A stretch of DNA of 64,000 nt from an uncultured Erysipelotrichaceae bacterium (GTDB lineage: Bacteria; Bacillota_I; Bacilli_A; RFN20; DUOF01), in NCBI GenBank assembly GCA_964442785.1, contig CAYTZW010000001.1, positions 14,320-78,319 of the forward strand, in the 5' to 3' direction. The notes beneath the pieces were generated by a model. The model had not been told where the DNA came from. It saw nothing but the letters and a program-made list of their open reading frames with translations, and ran no database searches. Position 1 is the stretch's first letter, and the number at the start of each line of letters is the position of its first letter. Positions 10,607 through 19,736 of this stretch are shown piece after piece. The translations under genes and the position numbers were made by a program.

Positions 10607-11009
10607 GTTATACTATACCTCCTTGAAATTTTTTTGATTAATTTCCAATCATTATCAGTAGGAATGCCCGAAAGCAGTTTGTGTTCTTTATCATAATGTA
10701 CATAAGGTTTCTTTTTCTCATGCATATGACTAAAATCAATAACGCGAACTAAATTATGCTCTTCATCCATTCTTTTTTTCTAAAATCTAAATCTTTTTTC
10801 AACATCACTAAAATATGAGGTTCTATATCTATCAATTCAACTAATATTCTTAATGTTGAATTTTTTGTAAAGATTTTTCCCTTATAAAAGCACGCAATTA
10901 TTAACTTTTATGATTACACAGTAGTTCTTATTTTATCAAATGTCAAATATATTATGAAAAATTTTTAGCTTTACCATTCTTCTAAATAGTTCATCAATTA
11001 AAATATTAT
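10607..11009 (-). pseudogene. decayed ORF remnants (frameshifted fragments)
   Basis: Two overlapping minus-strand fragments, ...RILVELIDIEPHILVMLKKDLDFRKKEW and MDEEHNLVRVIDFSHMHEKKKPYVHYDKEHKLLSGIPTDNDWKLIKK, are joined across an A8 tract. There is no start codon for the first and no intact ORF over 60 codons. Confidence 0.3.
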
Positions 11010-12017
11010 TTATTGTTTTTTTATTACCTTTTCAACTTCGTTTATTAATTGTTCTTTATCAGGAATGTAATAAGTATAAGTTGATGCAAATATATTATTA
11101 GATAAACCTCCCAATGCATATTCTAATAATACTTTATCCTTGTCAGCACATAGTATTATTCCTATGGGTTTACCATCATCTTCGCTATTTACATCTTTTT
11201 CGTAATAATTTAAGTACATATTCATTTGACCTAAATTTTCTGCTTTTAGCCCATTCATTTTTAGATCTATTAAAACATAAGACTTTAAAAATTTATTATA
11301 AAAAACCATATCAACATAGTAATCTATATTATTTAAAGTAATTCTTTGTTGACTACCTACAAACATAAATCCTTTGCCTAGTTCAAGTAAAAAATCTTCT
11401 ATATGTCTTATCAATTTGTATTCTAAATCTTTTTCAAATATCGGTTTTTGCTCTTTTATACCTAAAAATTCAAATACGTATGGTTGTTTAACTATATCAC
11501 TTGGTTTTGAAATAATTTGCCCTTTTTTAGATAATTCTAAAATTTTTTCTTTGTTTGCACTATTTCCAGATAATAAAAGCCTTTCAAACAATGATGTATC
11601 TAATTGCCTTTTTAGTTCTCTAACACTCCATTTTTCATTAATGCACTCATTCTCATAAAAGTTTCTTTTATCTTTATCACTAATTACCATAAGTTCTATA
11701 TAGTGTGACCAAGTTAATTGTCTATTCAATTTTTCTAATTCAGGATATGCTTTATAAAAAACTCTCATATATTTTAAATTAGAAGTAGAATAACCTTTAC
11801 CTAAATGTTTTGTCAATTCATTAGACAATTTTTTTAAAATTTCTCCACCATATTCAAGTCTATTGTTATATTCATTTTCATTTAAAACAATAATTTTTCC
11901 AATATTCCAATACACATAAACAATAGATTGATTAATTTCTTGGGCTAAATTTGTTTTTACTTTATCTACTAAATTCTTTATTTCACTCAACATTTTATTG
12001 TTGACTTCATTTTGCAT
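11010..12017 (-). CDS. YhcG-family PD-(D/E)XK nuclease (DUF1016)
   Basis: 335 aa with the typical YhcG N-terminal helical domain and a C-terminal core D(MVFY)...IDLK. A strong RBS AGGAGG lies 8 nt before the ATG. Confidence 0.7.
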   Translation of the reverse strand: MQNEVNNKMLSEIKNLVDKVKTNLAQEINQSIVYVYWNIGKIIVLNENEYNNRLEYGGEILKKLSNELTKHLGKGYSTSNLKYMRVFYKAYPELEKLNRQLTWSHYIELMVISDKDKRNFYENECINEKWSVRELKRQLDTSLFERLLLSGNSANKEKILELSKKGQIISKPSDIVKQPYVFEFLGIKEQKPIFEKDLEYKLIRHIEDFLLELGKGFMFVGSQQRITLNNIDYYVDMVFYNKFLKSYVLIDLKMNGLKAENLGQMNMYLNYYEKDVNSEDDGKPIGIILCADKDKVLLEYALGGLSNNIFASTYTYYIPDKEQLINEVEKVIKKQ

Positions 12018-12025
12018 TTTTTTAT

Positions 12026-12136
12026 CCTCCTTTTAATTGGTCAAACGCGTCTGGCTAATTCGTATTTTGGAATATTAATACCTTTACTACATAATTATTA
12101 AGACTATTTTTAATAATTTAAGGACATAAAAAAACT
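12026..12136 (-). repeat. direct repeat B2 (promoter/5' leader of the YhcG-like gene)
   Basis: Second copy of the B element, ending in AAAAGGAGG-N8-ATG of the YhcG-like gene. Confidence 0.7.
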
Positions 12137-12242
12137 ATAATAAGGCTTTCTACAAAATCTACATTCTTATTAATACCTACTACTTACTTTTTACAAAATT
12201 GTCTTCGTTGGTACCGAGTATAACATAGAAGGTTTATTTTGT

Positions 12243-13331
12243 CTATTTTAAAAAATTATTTATATAATTTGTATTTACAATATTTTTCATCGGCATAAAC
12301 TTCACTAAAATTATACTAAAATCATCTTTAATTTTTCTTCTGGCTCTAAGAGAAATTTTTTCAACCCATTTTACTAAATCATCTTCGTTTTTTCTTTCAC
12401 TCAATTCTTCTTCAAAATTTGGATAAGATAACATAACTCCGTCAGAGCATAAAATCAAAACATCTTCTGCTAAAACCTTTTCTTTAACAAAAGAAGATTT
12501 TTCATCTTCTATTCCCATTGGTAAATTATAAGAAGAAATTTTTTTGACTTTGTTATTTCGCCATAGATAACTATTTTCTGCTCCTTTTTTATAAAAATGT
12601 AATTGGTCTTTTTCAATATCTATTACATCTAAACTTGCGAAAGCATTTTCATCATCAATTATCATCTCATTAGCGATATCAATAGAGCTTTTTAAATTAT
12701 ATCCTTTTTGTAATAATTGCTTTATTTTAAAAATAATACCTTTGCTAATATTTAAAGCATTTTCCCCTTGTCCTATTCCGTCAGATAACAATAAATATTG
12801 ATGATTGTCAGTTTCATAAGTATCAAAATAATCGCCATTTACTTTTTTATCCGCACTTAACTGAATTGAAACAACCTCTAAAAAATAACTTTTTTTATCT
12901 TTAAATAACAAACAATAATTATCGTAAAGCCAATCAAAAATCATTACAAAAGAAACCGCAAAAAAAGTATATGAAAATAACAGTAAAAGATTATTTTCTT
13001 CTAATAAAAAAAGCACAAAACAAACAAAAAAGGTACTTATTAATAAAGCATAATACTCATTTTTTATTATCATTTCTATCAAATAATTAACTAGCAAATA
13101 AAAACAAAAGCATAATGAAAGCAATAAAATATTCAACCAATTTGTGAATAAGCAAAAAAAGTAAATAATTGATGTATTTATCACTAAGGTACTTGTTTCT
13201 TTTCTTGTTCCAATGATAAACAAAGGAACCATTAAAAGCCATTGCTTATAAAAAAGCAAACAATAGACAAAAGAAAAAAGTATCAAACTTACATTTAATA
13301 CTTTACTACTATCTTTATTAGTTTTTTCCAT
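12243..13331 (-). CDS. spoIIE: SpoIIE-like membrane-anchored PP2C phosphatase (short form)
   Basis: N-terminal multi-TM region followed by a PP2C domain (GDYFD...LLLSDGIGQG...LILCSDGV). It sits at the position of spoIIE in the conserved divIC-spoIIE-tilS-ftsH order. Confidence 0.6.
   Translation of the reverse strand: MEKTNKDSSKVLNVSLILFSFVYCLLFYKQWLLMVPLFIIGTRKETSTLVINTSIIYFFCLFTNWLNILLLSLCFCFYLLVNYLIEMIIKNEYYALLISTFFVCFVLFLLEENNLLLLFSYTFFAVSFVMIFDWLYDNYCLLFKDKKSYFLEVVSIQLSADKKVNGDYFDTYETDNHQYLLLSDGIGQGENALNISKGIIFKIKQLLQKGYNLKSSIDIANEMIIDDENAFASLDVIDIEKDQLHFYKKGAENSYLWRNNKVKKISSYNLPMGIEDEKSSFVKEKVLAEDVLILCSDGVMLSYPNFEEELSERKNEDDLVKWVEKISLRARRKIKDDFSIILVKFMPMKNIVNTNYINNFLK
12296..12359. repeat. 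direct repeat A' (attR-like), inside the 3' end of the spoIIE-like CDS
   Basis: 63/64 identical to 9973-10036. It encodes KISLRARRKIKDDFSIILVKF, followed here by MPMKNIVNTNYINNFLK-stop. Confidence 0.8.
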
Positions 13332-13384
13332 ATTCTCACCATATCAAAATATAACACTAACAATAAGGAAAAAGATGTCGATTT

Positions 13385-13672
13385 TTATTCACATTTATAA
13401 AAAGAATTAGAGGTTGGGTCATAGCAATAGCCTTTTTCTTGAATAATGATTTTCCAATTATGGTCTTCAATTAAAGATTGATACATTTCATATTCTTCTA
13501 ATAATTCTTTCTTTTGTTGTATCAATTCTTTATTTTCTTGCTTTGCTTTAAAATAACCATACATAGAATTAAAACTATAGATAAAGCCAAGAGAAGCTGC
13601 AAACAAAATAACTATAGAACTAATCCTTTGAGCATTCCAAATATTTCTTTTTTCCCTTTCTACCTTTGCCAT
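13385..13672 (-). CDS. divIC: septum formation initiator DivIC/FtsB family
   Basis: Single N-terminal TM plus coiled coil (KQENKELIQQKKELLEEYEMYQSLIEDHN), in the conserved position. Confidence 0.55.
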   Translation of the reverse strand: MAKVEREKRNIWNAQRISSIVILFAASLGFIYSFNSMYGYFKAKQENKELIQQKKELLEEYEMYQSLIEDHNWKIIIQEKGYCYDPTSNSFYKCE

Positions 13673-14027
13673 ATTTCCACCTCTGCTTAAAATGATTATA
13701 TAGGTTTATTTTTCGATTTTCAATTTTTTTACTAATTTTTAAAATATCTTTAAAGATATAATCGTGATAAAAATAAAAATAAATGAAAATGCCAAAGCCT
13801 AAAAACAAGTATAAATACATTGAAATATAAGCATCTGTAGTAATTAAAAGAAAATAAAACCAGAAAGATGCAATAAATAAAAAAAGAAATAATGAAAAAA
13901 TAAATCTTAAAATTAATTTACTTTTGACTATAAAAACATTATAAAAAAAATCCCATAAAAGACTTCCTAGAAAGCCAACAAAAAAAGAGATAAACGCGAT
14001 TTGTATTTGGTCAATTAAACTTATCAT
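13620..14027 (-). CDS. yabQ: YabQ-like sporulation membrane protein
   Basis: Small polytopic membrane protein directly downstream of yabP, as in Bacilli/Clostridia. Confidence 0.4.
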   Translation of the reverse strand: MISLIDQIQIAFISFFVGFLGSLLWDFFYNVFIVKSKLILRFIFSLFLFLFIASFWFYFLLITTDAYISMYLYLFLGFGIFIYFYFYHDYIFKDILKISKKIENRKINLYNHFKQRWKYGKGRKGKKKYLECSKD

Positions 14028-14287
14028 TTAAAAACCCTTTTCAAAAGACTTTCACTTTTATGTCCTTGATAAGTAAAAGAGTCTATCATTCCATTTATCA
14101 CACACTCTTTCAAATTGTTATCAAGTTTTCCTAAAGTTAAGTTTTTTCCTTTGACTTTTAAAAAACCAAGTTCCGTATCAATTAAAAATTCTTCGCTATC
14201 AAAACGAGATATTTTGTTTACACCTGTTAAAAAAAGAACTTTCCTATTTTCTAAAACAATTTTTTTATTATCCATAACTATCACCAT
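14024..14287 (-). CDS. yabP: sporulation protein YabP
   Basis: Collinear with B. subtilis YabP (RKVLFLTGVNKISRFDSEEFLIDTELGFLKVKGKNLTLGKLD). Confidence 0.65.
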   Translation of the reverse strand: MVIVMDNKKIVLENRKVLFLTGVNKISRFDSEEFLIDTELGFLKVKGKNLTLGKLDNNLKECVINGMIDSFTYQGHKSESLLKRVFK

Positions 14288-14312
14288 TTAATTGTATTAG
14301 AAATTTTAAAAT

Positions 14313-14555
14313 TTATTCTTTATTTTCAAACATACAATTTTTAAAAAAATCTTTAGTATCTGTACTTATAACTACACCTTTAATTTTCTTATTACCAAAA
14401 GTAATTTCGATTACATCATTAACTTTAATTTCTGTATTAGGTTTTGCTACTTTATCATTTACTAGTACCAATCCAGCATCTGCTAATTCTTTTGCAACAA
14501 CTCTCCTTTTAATAATCATAGAAACTTTTAAAAATCTATCTAATCTCATATTCAT
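14313..14555 (-). CDS. yabO: S4-domain RNA-binding protein (YabO/Hsp15-like)
   Basis: S4 motif [37 protein letters not shown]. Confidence 0.6.
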   Translation of the reverse strand: MNMRLDRFLKVSMIIKRRVVAKELADAGLVLVNDKVAKPNTEIKVNDVIEITFGNKKIKGVVISTDTKDFFKNCMFENKE

Positions 14556-14662
14556 ACCTCAACAAAATTATAATATTTTAATATTCTTTCAACAAGATAT
14601 TTATTAATATTAGAAATTAGATGTTTTCCGTGCTATATTATTGATACTTGGAGGTGGAAAAG

Positions 14663-15634
14663 ATGAGTAAAAAAATTGTTACTATCAAACAAGATGTTTC
14701 TGATTTAGTAATTAATACCTTTTCCGAAAAAATATCTGGTGCCGATGTTAGAAGATTTCAATATTATAGGTGGACAGGAGAAGATAATCCAACGGGTATA
14801 ATTGTATTTTCCCACGGACTTGTAGAATATGGAAAAATGTATGAAGATGTGGCCAAATCCTTTATTAAAGCAGGATTTGCTGTTTATGCAATAGACCATA
14901 TAGGACACGGAAATACCGTTAAATCAAGTAAATCTTCTGCTAACTGGGAAAAGAAATCATTTACAAAATGTTCTTATAATCTGCACGTTTTAATTACCAA
15001 AGCCCAAACAGATTATCCAAATATTCCAACATTCGTAATTGGAAATGATGTAGGTTATCTAATTGCCTTTAAAATGTTAGCCAAATTTCAAACTTCTATC
15101 ACAGGTTTAGTTTGTTCTGGAGTACACGGAAGTATTGATTCTTTAAGGTGGTTAAGATTTAGAGCTACCATTGAAAGAATGTTACATTTCAATGAAAAGA
15201 AATCAAATCATATGGCAAATATAATCAATAGAAAATATAATAGGTGGAATTTATTTGGTTATAATCAATATGATTGGATAACTTCTGATGAAAATATGAT
15301 TAATAAACTTCAAAATGATAAAAAATGTAATTTTGTATACACTGTCGACTTTTATTATTTCTATTTCAAATCAATTTTAAAATTCTATCGTAAGAAAAAA
15401 TTAAAAGAAGTTAACAAAAAGACACCAATTCTTTTAGTAGGTGGAAGTGCTGATGCTGTCAATAAATTTGGAAAAGGCGTTTTAGCATATAGTTCTTATT
15501 TAAAATCATTTGGTTTCAAAAATGTCAAAAAACAAATATATGAAGGTTCACGACATTATTTATTTTTAGATAGTGCTAAATACAATTTAATCAATGATAT
15601 TATTCATTGGACTAATGACATAAATAAAAAATAA
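14663..15634 (+). CDS. alpha/beta hydrolase (lysophospholipase/monoglyceride lipase-like) with an unusual nucleophile elbow
   Basis: HG oxyanion motif (VFSHGLVEYG). The nucleophile elbow reads GNDVG (Asp where Ser is expected). C-terminal His (GSRHYLF). The start was moved to the ATG at 14663, which follows GGAGGTGG. Confidence 0.65.
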   Translation: MSKKIVTIKQDVSDLVINTFSEKISGADVRRFQYYRWTGEDNPTGIIVFSHGLVEYGKMYEDVAKSFIKAGFAVYAIDHIGHGNTVKSSKSSANWEKKSFTKCSYNLHVLITKAQTDYPNIPTFVIGNDVGYLIAFKMLAKFQTSITGLVCSGVHGSIDSLRWLRFRATIERMLHFNEKKSNHMANIINRKYNRWNLFGYNQYDWITSDENMINKLQNDKKCNFVYTVDFYYFYFKSILKFYRKKKLKEVNKKTPILLVGGSADAVNKFGKGVLAYSSYLKSFGFKNVKKQIYEGSRHYLFLDSAKYNLINDIIHWTNDINKK

Positions 15635-15635
15635 T

Positions 15636-15669
15636 CAAAAAGAGCAATTCACAATGAATTGCCTTTTTA
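15636..15669. terminator. bidirectional intrinsic terminator (GCAATTCA-CAA-TGAATTGC) between convergent hydrolase and mfd
   Basis: Perfect 8-bp stem flanked by an A-run and a T-run. Confidence 0.6.
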
Positions 15670-18600
15670 TATTATCTTAATCTTTTTTTCTAATTTACTA
15701 ATTTGTTCTAAAAGAAGACTTAATTTTTTACTCCAGTCATCTTTCTTTAAAATCCTTATTCTTATTTTTTCTTGTCGAAAACTTAAATTAATATTAACAC
15801 TATCTATGTTGTTTACTATGTCAAATAAATCAATGCCAATTCCATTAATCTTAGAAAAGTTTTCTGATAAAATAACATCAATATAATCCTTATTTTCATT
15901 AATGTTATCAAAACAATCTTCCATTGATAATAAATCAATTTTTTTCTTTTCTAAAAGTAACATTACAGGTCTAATAATTTTTCCATAGTTATCTTTTATT
16001 TTTGTTTCTAGTTCAAATAGACTTTCTAAAGTTTTTACTTTTTCAATATCTTTATATATTTCAAACTTATTAGCATCTTCACTAGCAAATTCAATCGGAA
16101 CATAACTATCAAGTTGCAATACTGGTGGCGTTTTAACCACTTTTTTATTTTCTTTTTTGTCTGTTGATTTTTCTTTGATTGTTTCTTCTAATAAAGACAT
16201 ATACATATCAATACCAACATCATCAATGAAACCCGCTTGTTCTGCTCCTAAAATATCTCCTGCTCCTCTAATTGATAAATCTCTTAAAGCAATCTTATAT
16301 CCACTTCCAAGTTCGGTAAATTCTTTAATAGCTTTTAATCTTTTAGAAGCTAATTCAGATAATTGTTTTTTTGGTCGATACAAAAGGTAAGCATACGCTA
16401 TTCTATCACTTCTACCTACTCTACCTTTTATTTGATAAAGTTGTGATAATCCAAAGCAATCAGCATCATCAACTATAACGGTATTTGCATTAGGAATATC
16501 AATACCGGATTCTATAATTGTCGTACAAACCAAAACGTTGATTTCATTATTATAAAAACTTAGCATAATATCTTCTAGTTCTTCTTTATTCATTTTACCA
16601 TGTCCTACTCCAACTTTAGCATTTGGGATTTCCTTTGATAATTTTGAAGCTAGTCCATATATATCACTTGTTTTATTATGTAAAAAGAAAACTTGACCAT
16701 TTCTTCCTAATTCTCTTTCAATTATTTCTTTAATAACTTTATCATTTTTTTCAATAATATAAGTTTGTACTGGTAATCTATCATTTGGAGGTGTTTGAAT
16801 TTGAGACATTCCCCTGATACCTACTAAAGCCATTTGCAAAGTTCTTGGAATTGGAGTTGCGGACAAAGTTAAAACATCAACATTTGTTTTCATTTCTTTG
16901 ATTTTTTCTTTATGTTCTACTCCAAATCTTTGTTCTTCATCGACTATTAAAAGTCCTAAATCTTTGAATTTAAAATCACTTGATAATAATCTATGAGTTC
17001 CGATCACAAAATTAACATTTCCTTTTTTTAAATCCTCGATTATTTTATTTTGTTTTTGTGTAGGCACTAATCTACTTACAAGTTCAATACGAACTGAAAA
17101 ATTTTGAAATCTTTCTAAAGCTTTATAATAATGTTGTCTTGCTAAAATAGTCGTCGGACATATCATAACAACTTGCTTGCCGTCTTTTATGGCTTTAAAT
17201 GCTGCTCTAAAAGCAATTTCTGTTTTACCAAATCCAACATCACCACAGACAAGTCTATCCATAGGATATGGTTTTTCCATATCATTTTTCACTTCTTTTA
17301 TAGTCTTTTCTTGGTCAAGAGTTAAAGCATAAGGAAAATCATTATCAAAACTTCTTTCTAATTCATCTTCACAAGAAAAAGCATACCCGATACTTTTAGT
17401 TCTTTCTTGATATAATTCCAAAAGTCTATCCGCAATATCACTAACTCTTTTCTTAATTCTTTCTTTCGTTTTTTGCCATTCAGTAGAATTCATAGAATTT
17501 AATTTAGGAGTTTTACCTTCTTGTCCTACATATTTTTTTACTAGTTTAAATTGTTCTAAAGGTACATATAAATTAGAATTTCCACGATAAACAATATGTA
17601 AATAATCACGATGAATATCATCTATTTTCATTGTCTTTATTCCAATGTATTGACCAATTCCGTGTTCTTCGTGAACAACATAATCATAAGGATTTAATTC
17701 AGAAACCGAAGACAAAGCCACGGCACTTTTAAATCTATTGTATAATTTAGTACTTCTCTTTTTAGTGTTAAACAATTCATTTTGAGTTAAAAAAACTTTT
17801 TTCTCGAAAACAAATTCAAATCCTTCATTAAAATCTTTTTTGATAAAATGTATTTTTTTCTCTTTATCTAGTAAATTCTCCGCTAACCAAAGTTTTACAT
17901 TTTCAATTTGATTTTCATTACATAAACAAATATAAATATCATTATCATCTAAAATATATTTAGTGATTAAAGCAGCAAATAATTTAGAATTACCATTACT
18001 AGAAGTTACTTCTCTTACTAAAAACTCAATATCTTTTTCATCTTCTTTTAAATCATTAACATAAATCTTATTTTTAGCTTTAGATAAAACATAAGACAAA
18101 TCTAAATTAACTTTTAAATTCGATAAAAACTCTAAATTTTCACTAGTTTCTAATAAAAAATCATTATTTTCTTCTAATAGTAAATGATAATTACTTTTAA
18201 TACCTTCATAAGAACAAATAAAACTTAGGTCAGGATTAAAATATTCAACAATAGAAACACTATCAGGATTTAACAAATCATAATAACGATAAAAACTATT
18301 GTTATATTCTCCATTTTTTATAGCTTCAATATTATTATTTACATTATTGATTAAAGCTTCTTTTTCTTCCAAAGAAGTTAATAATTTAGTTTGTTTAACA
18401 AGTTCTTTGTTAATTCTTTCAATACCTTGTTGAAGATAACTTTCATTCAAAACTAAATCTGAAGCAGGTAAAATAGAAATACTATCCACTAACTCGATTG
18501 TCTTTTGTTCATTAACATCAAAAAAACGAATACTTTCAATCTCATCACCAAAAAATTCTATTCTAATTGGATTATTATAATTAATAGAAAAAACATCAAC

Positions 18601-19116
18601 GATAGAACCACGATAAGCATATTCTAAACTTTGTTCAACTTTCAAATTCTTTCGATATCCTAAACTATTTAATTTTTTTGTTAAATAACTAATTTCTATT
18701 TCTTGCCCTACTTTTAAATTCAAAAAGTTTTCTTCAAATAATGACTTAGAAGGTAACTCTCTTAAAATTCCTTGAGTATAGGTTACTAACACAACAGGTT
18801 TATTTTCTAATAAAGAAGCTAAAATAAAAATTCTTTGAACGGACATTTCAGGAGAAGATGCAATACTTTCAATTCTTAAAGACTCATCAACATTAAATAA
18901 AATTGTGTTTTCTTCCCCGATTAACAAAGATAAAGAAGCACTAAATTGTTGAGCTTGATAGGCATTAGGTAAAACCACTAAAATCTTTTCTTTATTACTA
19001 AAAAAAGATGCAGCTACCAATAAAGCTTGTTGCATAATTCCATCACAAACAACCCTTTTAGTTATCTTCATTTTTTTAATAACATCATTTTTTATTAAAA
19101 TATCTTCTAATATCAT
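15667..19116 (-). CDS. mfd: transcription-repair coupling factor
   Basis: 1149 aa with a UvrB-like N-terminus and a RecG-like helicase core (GDVGFGKTEIAFRAAF, DEEQRFGV). It lies after pth as in Bacillota. Confidence 0.95.
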   Translation of the reverse strand: MILEDILIKNDVIKKMKITKRVVCDGIMQQALLVAASFFSNKEKILVVLPNAYQAQQFSASLSLLIGEENTILFNVDESLRIESIASSPEMSVQRIFILASLLENKPVVLVTYTQGILRELPSKSLFEENFLNLKVGQEIEISYLTKKLNSLGYRKNLKVEQSLEYAYRGSIVDVFSINYNNPIRIEFFGDEIESIRFFDVNEQKTIELVDSISILPASDLVLNESYLQQGIERINKELVKQTKLLTSLEEKEALINNVNNNIEAIKNGEYNNSFYRYYDLLNPDSVSIVEYFNPDLSFICSYEGIKSNYHLLLEENNDFLLETSENLEFLSNLKVNLDLSYVLSKAKNKIYVNDLKEDEKDIEFLVREVTSSNGNSKLFAALITKYILDDNDIYICLCNENQIENVKLWLAENLLDKEKKIHFIKKDFNEGFEFVFEKKVFLTQNELFNTKKRSTKLYNRFKSAVALSSVSELNPYDYVVHEEHGIGQYIGIKTMKIDDIHRDYLHIVYRGNSNLYVPLEQFKLVKKYVGQEGKTPKLNSMNSTEWQKTKERIKKRVSDIADRLLELYQERTKSIGYAFSCEDELERSFDNDFPYALTLDQEKTIKEVKNDMEKPYPMDRLVCGDVGFGKTEIAFRAAFKAIKDGKQVVMICPTTILARQHYYKALERFQNFSVRIELVSRLVPTQKQNKIIEDLKKGNVNFVIGTHRLLSSDFKFKDLGLLIVDEEQRFGVEHKEKIKEMKTNVDVLTLSATPIPRTLQMALVGIRGMSQIQTPPNDRLPVQTYIIEKNDKVIKEIIERELGRNGQVFFLHNKTSDIYGLASKLSKEIPNAKVGVGHGKMNKEELEDIMLSFYNNEINVLVCTTIIESGIDIPNANTVIVDDADCFGLSQLYQIKGRVGRSDRIAYAYLLYRPKKQLSELASKRLKAIKEFTELGSGYKIALRDLSIRGAGDILGAEQAGFIDDVGIDMYMSLLEETIKEKSTDKKENKKVVKTPPVLQLDSYVPIEFASEDANKFEIYKDIEKVKTLESLFELETKIKDNYGKIIRPVMLLLEKKKIDLLSMEDCFDNINENKDYIDVILSENFSKINGIGIDLFDIVNNIDSVNINLSFRQEKIRIRILKKDDWSKKLSLLLEQISKLEKKIKII

Positions 19117-19118
19117 TT

Positions 19119-19679
19119 TTACTTCCTCTTATTATGTAAAGTCATTACTTTATTAAAAGACATCGTTAAACTATCTTGGATAATTAAAGCAGTTTCATTA
19201 ATCATTTCCTTTATTTTTTCACTTTCTTCTTCTTTAAAGTTACCTAAAACGTGATTAATGGTATTTACACCTTTATCAATACCAATTCTCACTCTTTTAA
19301 AATTCTCACTACCTAATTCTTGAATAATGCTTTTTAAGCCATTATGACCACCAGAACTTCCTTTTTCTCTAATTTTTAAAGTTCCTACAGGCAAATCTAA
19401 ATCATCGTGAATAACAATTATATCTTCAATATCTATTTTAAAAAAATTAACTAATTTAGAAACAGCAATACCTGATAAATTCATAAAAGTTTGAGGCTTA
19501 GCAATAATAAAATCTTTACCTTTATAGTATTCACTCGATAAACCTTTTTTATCAAAAGACAAATTATTTTGCATCATAAAATAATCGACACACATAAAAC
19601 CTATATTGTGTCTAGTATTTTCATATTCTTTCCCAGGATTACCTAAACCTACAATCAGTTTCATCTTTTCACTTCCCAA
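19119..19679 (-). CDS. pth: peptidyl-tRNA hydrolase
   Basis: KLIVGLGNPGKEYENTRHNIGFM signature. Confidence 0.9.
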   Translation of the reverse strand: MGSEKMKLIVGLGNPGKEYENTRHNIGFMCVDYFMMQNNLSFDKKGLSSEYYKGKDFIIAKPQTFMNLSGIAVSKLVNFFKIDIEDIIVIHDDLDLPVGTLKIREKGSSGGHNGLKSIIQELGSENFKRVRIGIDKGVNTINHVLGNFKEEESEKIKEMINETALIIQDSLTMSFNKVMTLHNKRK

Positions 19680-19736
19680 CTAAAATTATACTTTATTTAC
19701 ATTTGAGAGAAAAGAAAAAAGATTTGTTTCCAAATC

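Larger units (their letters stand above)
10037..12359 (-). mobile_element. putative integrase-less genomic islet inserted at the 3' end of the spoIIE-like gene
   Basis: 2.3 kb bounded by near-identical 64-bp direct repeats that duplicate the target gene's 3' end, the signature of site-specific integration. Cargo is a YhcG-like nuclease, an unknown 133-aa protein and ORF debris. No recombinase is present. Confidence 0.45.
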
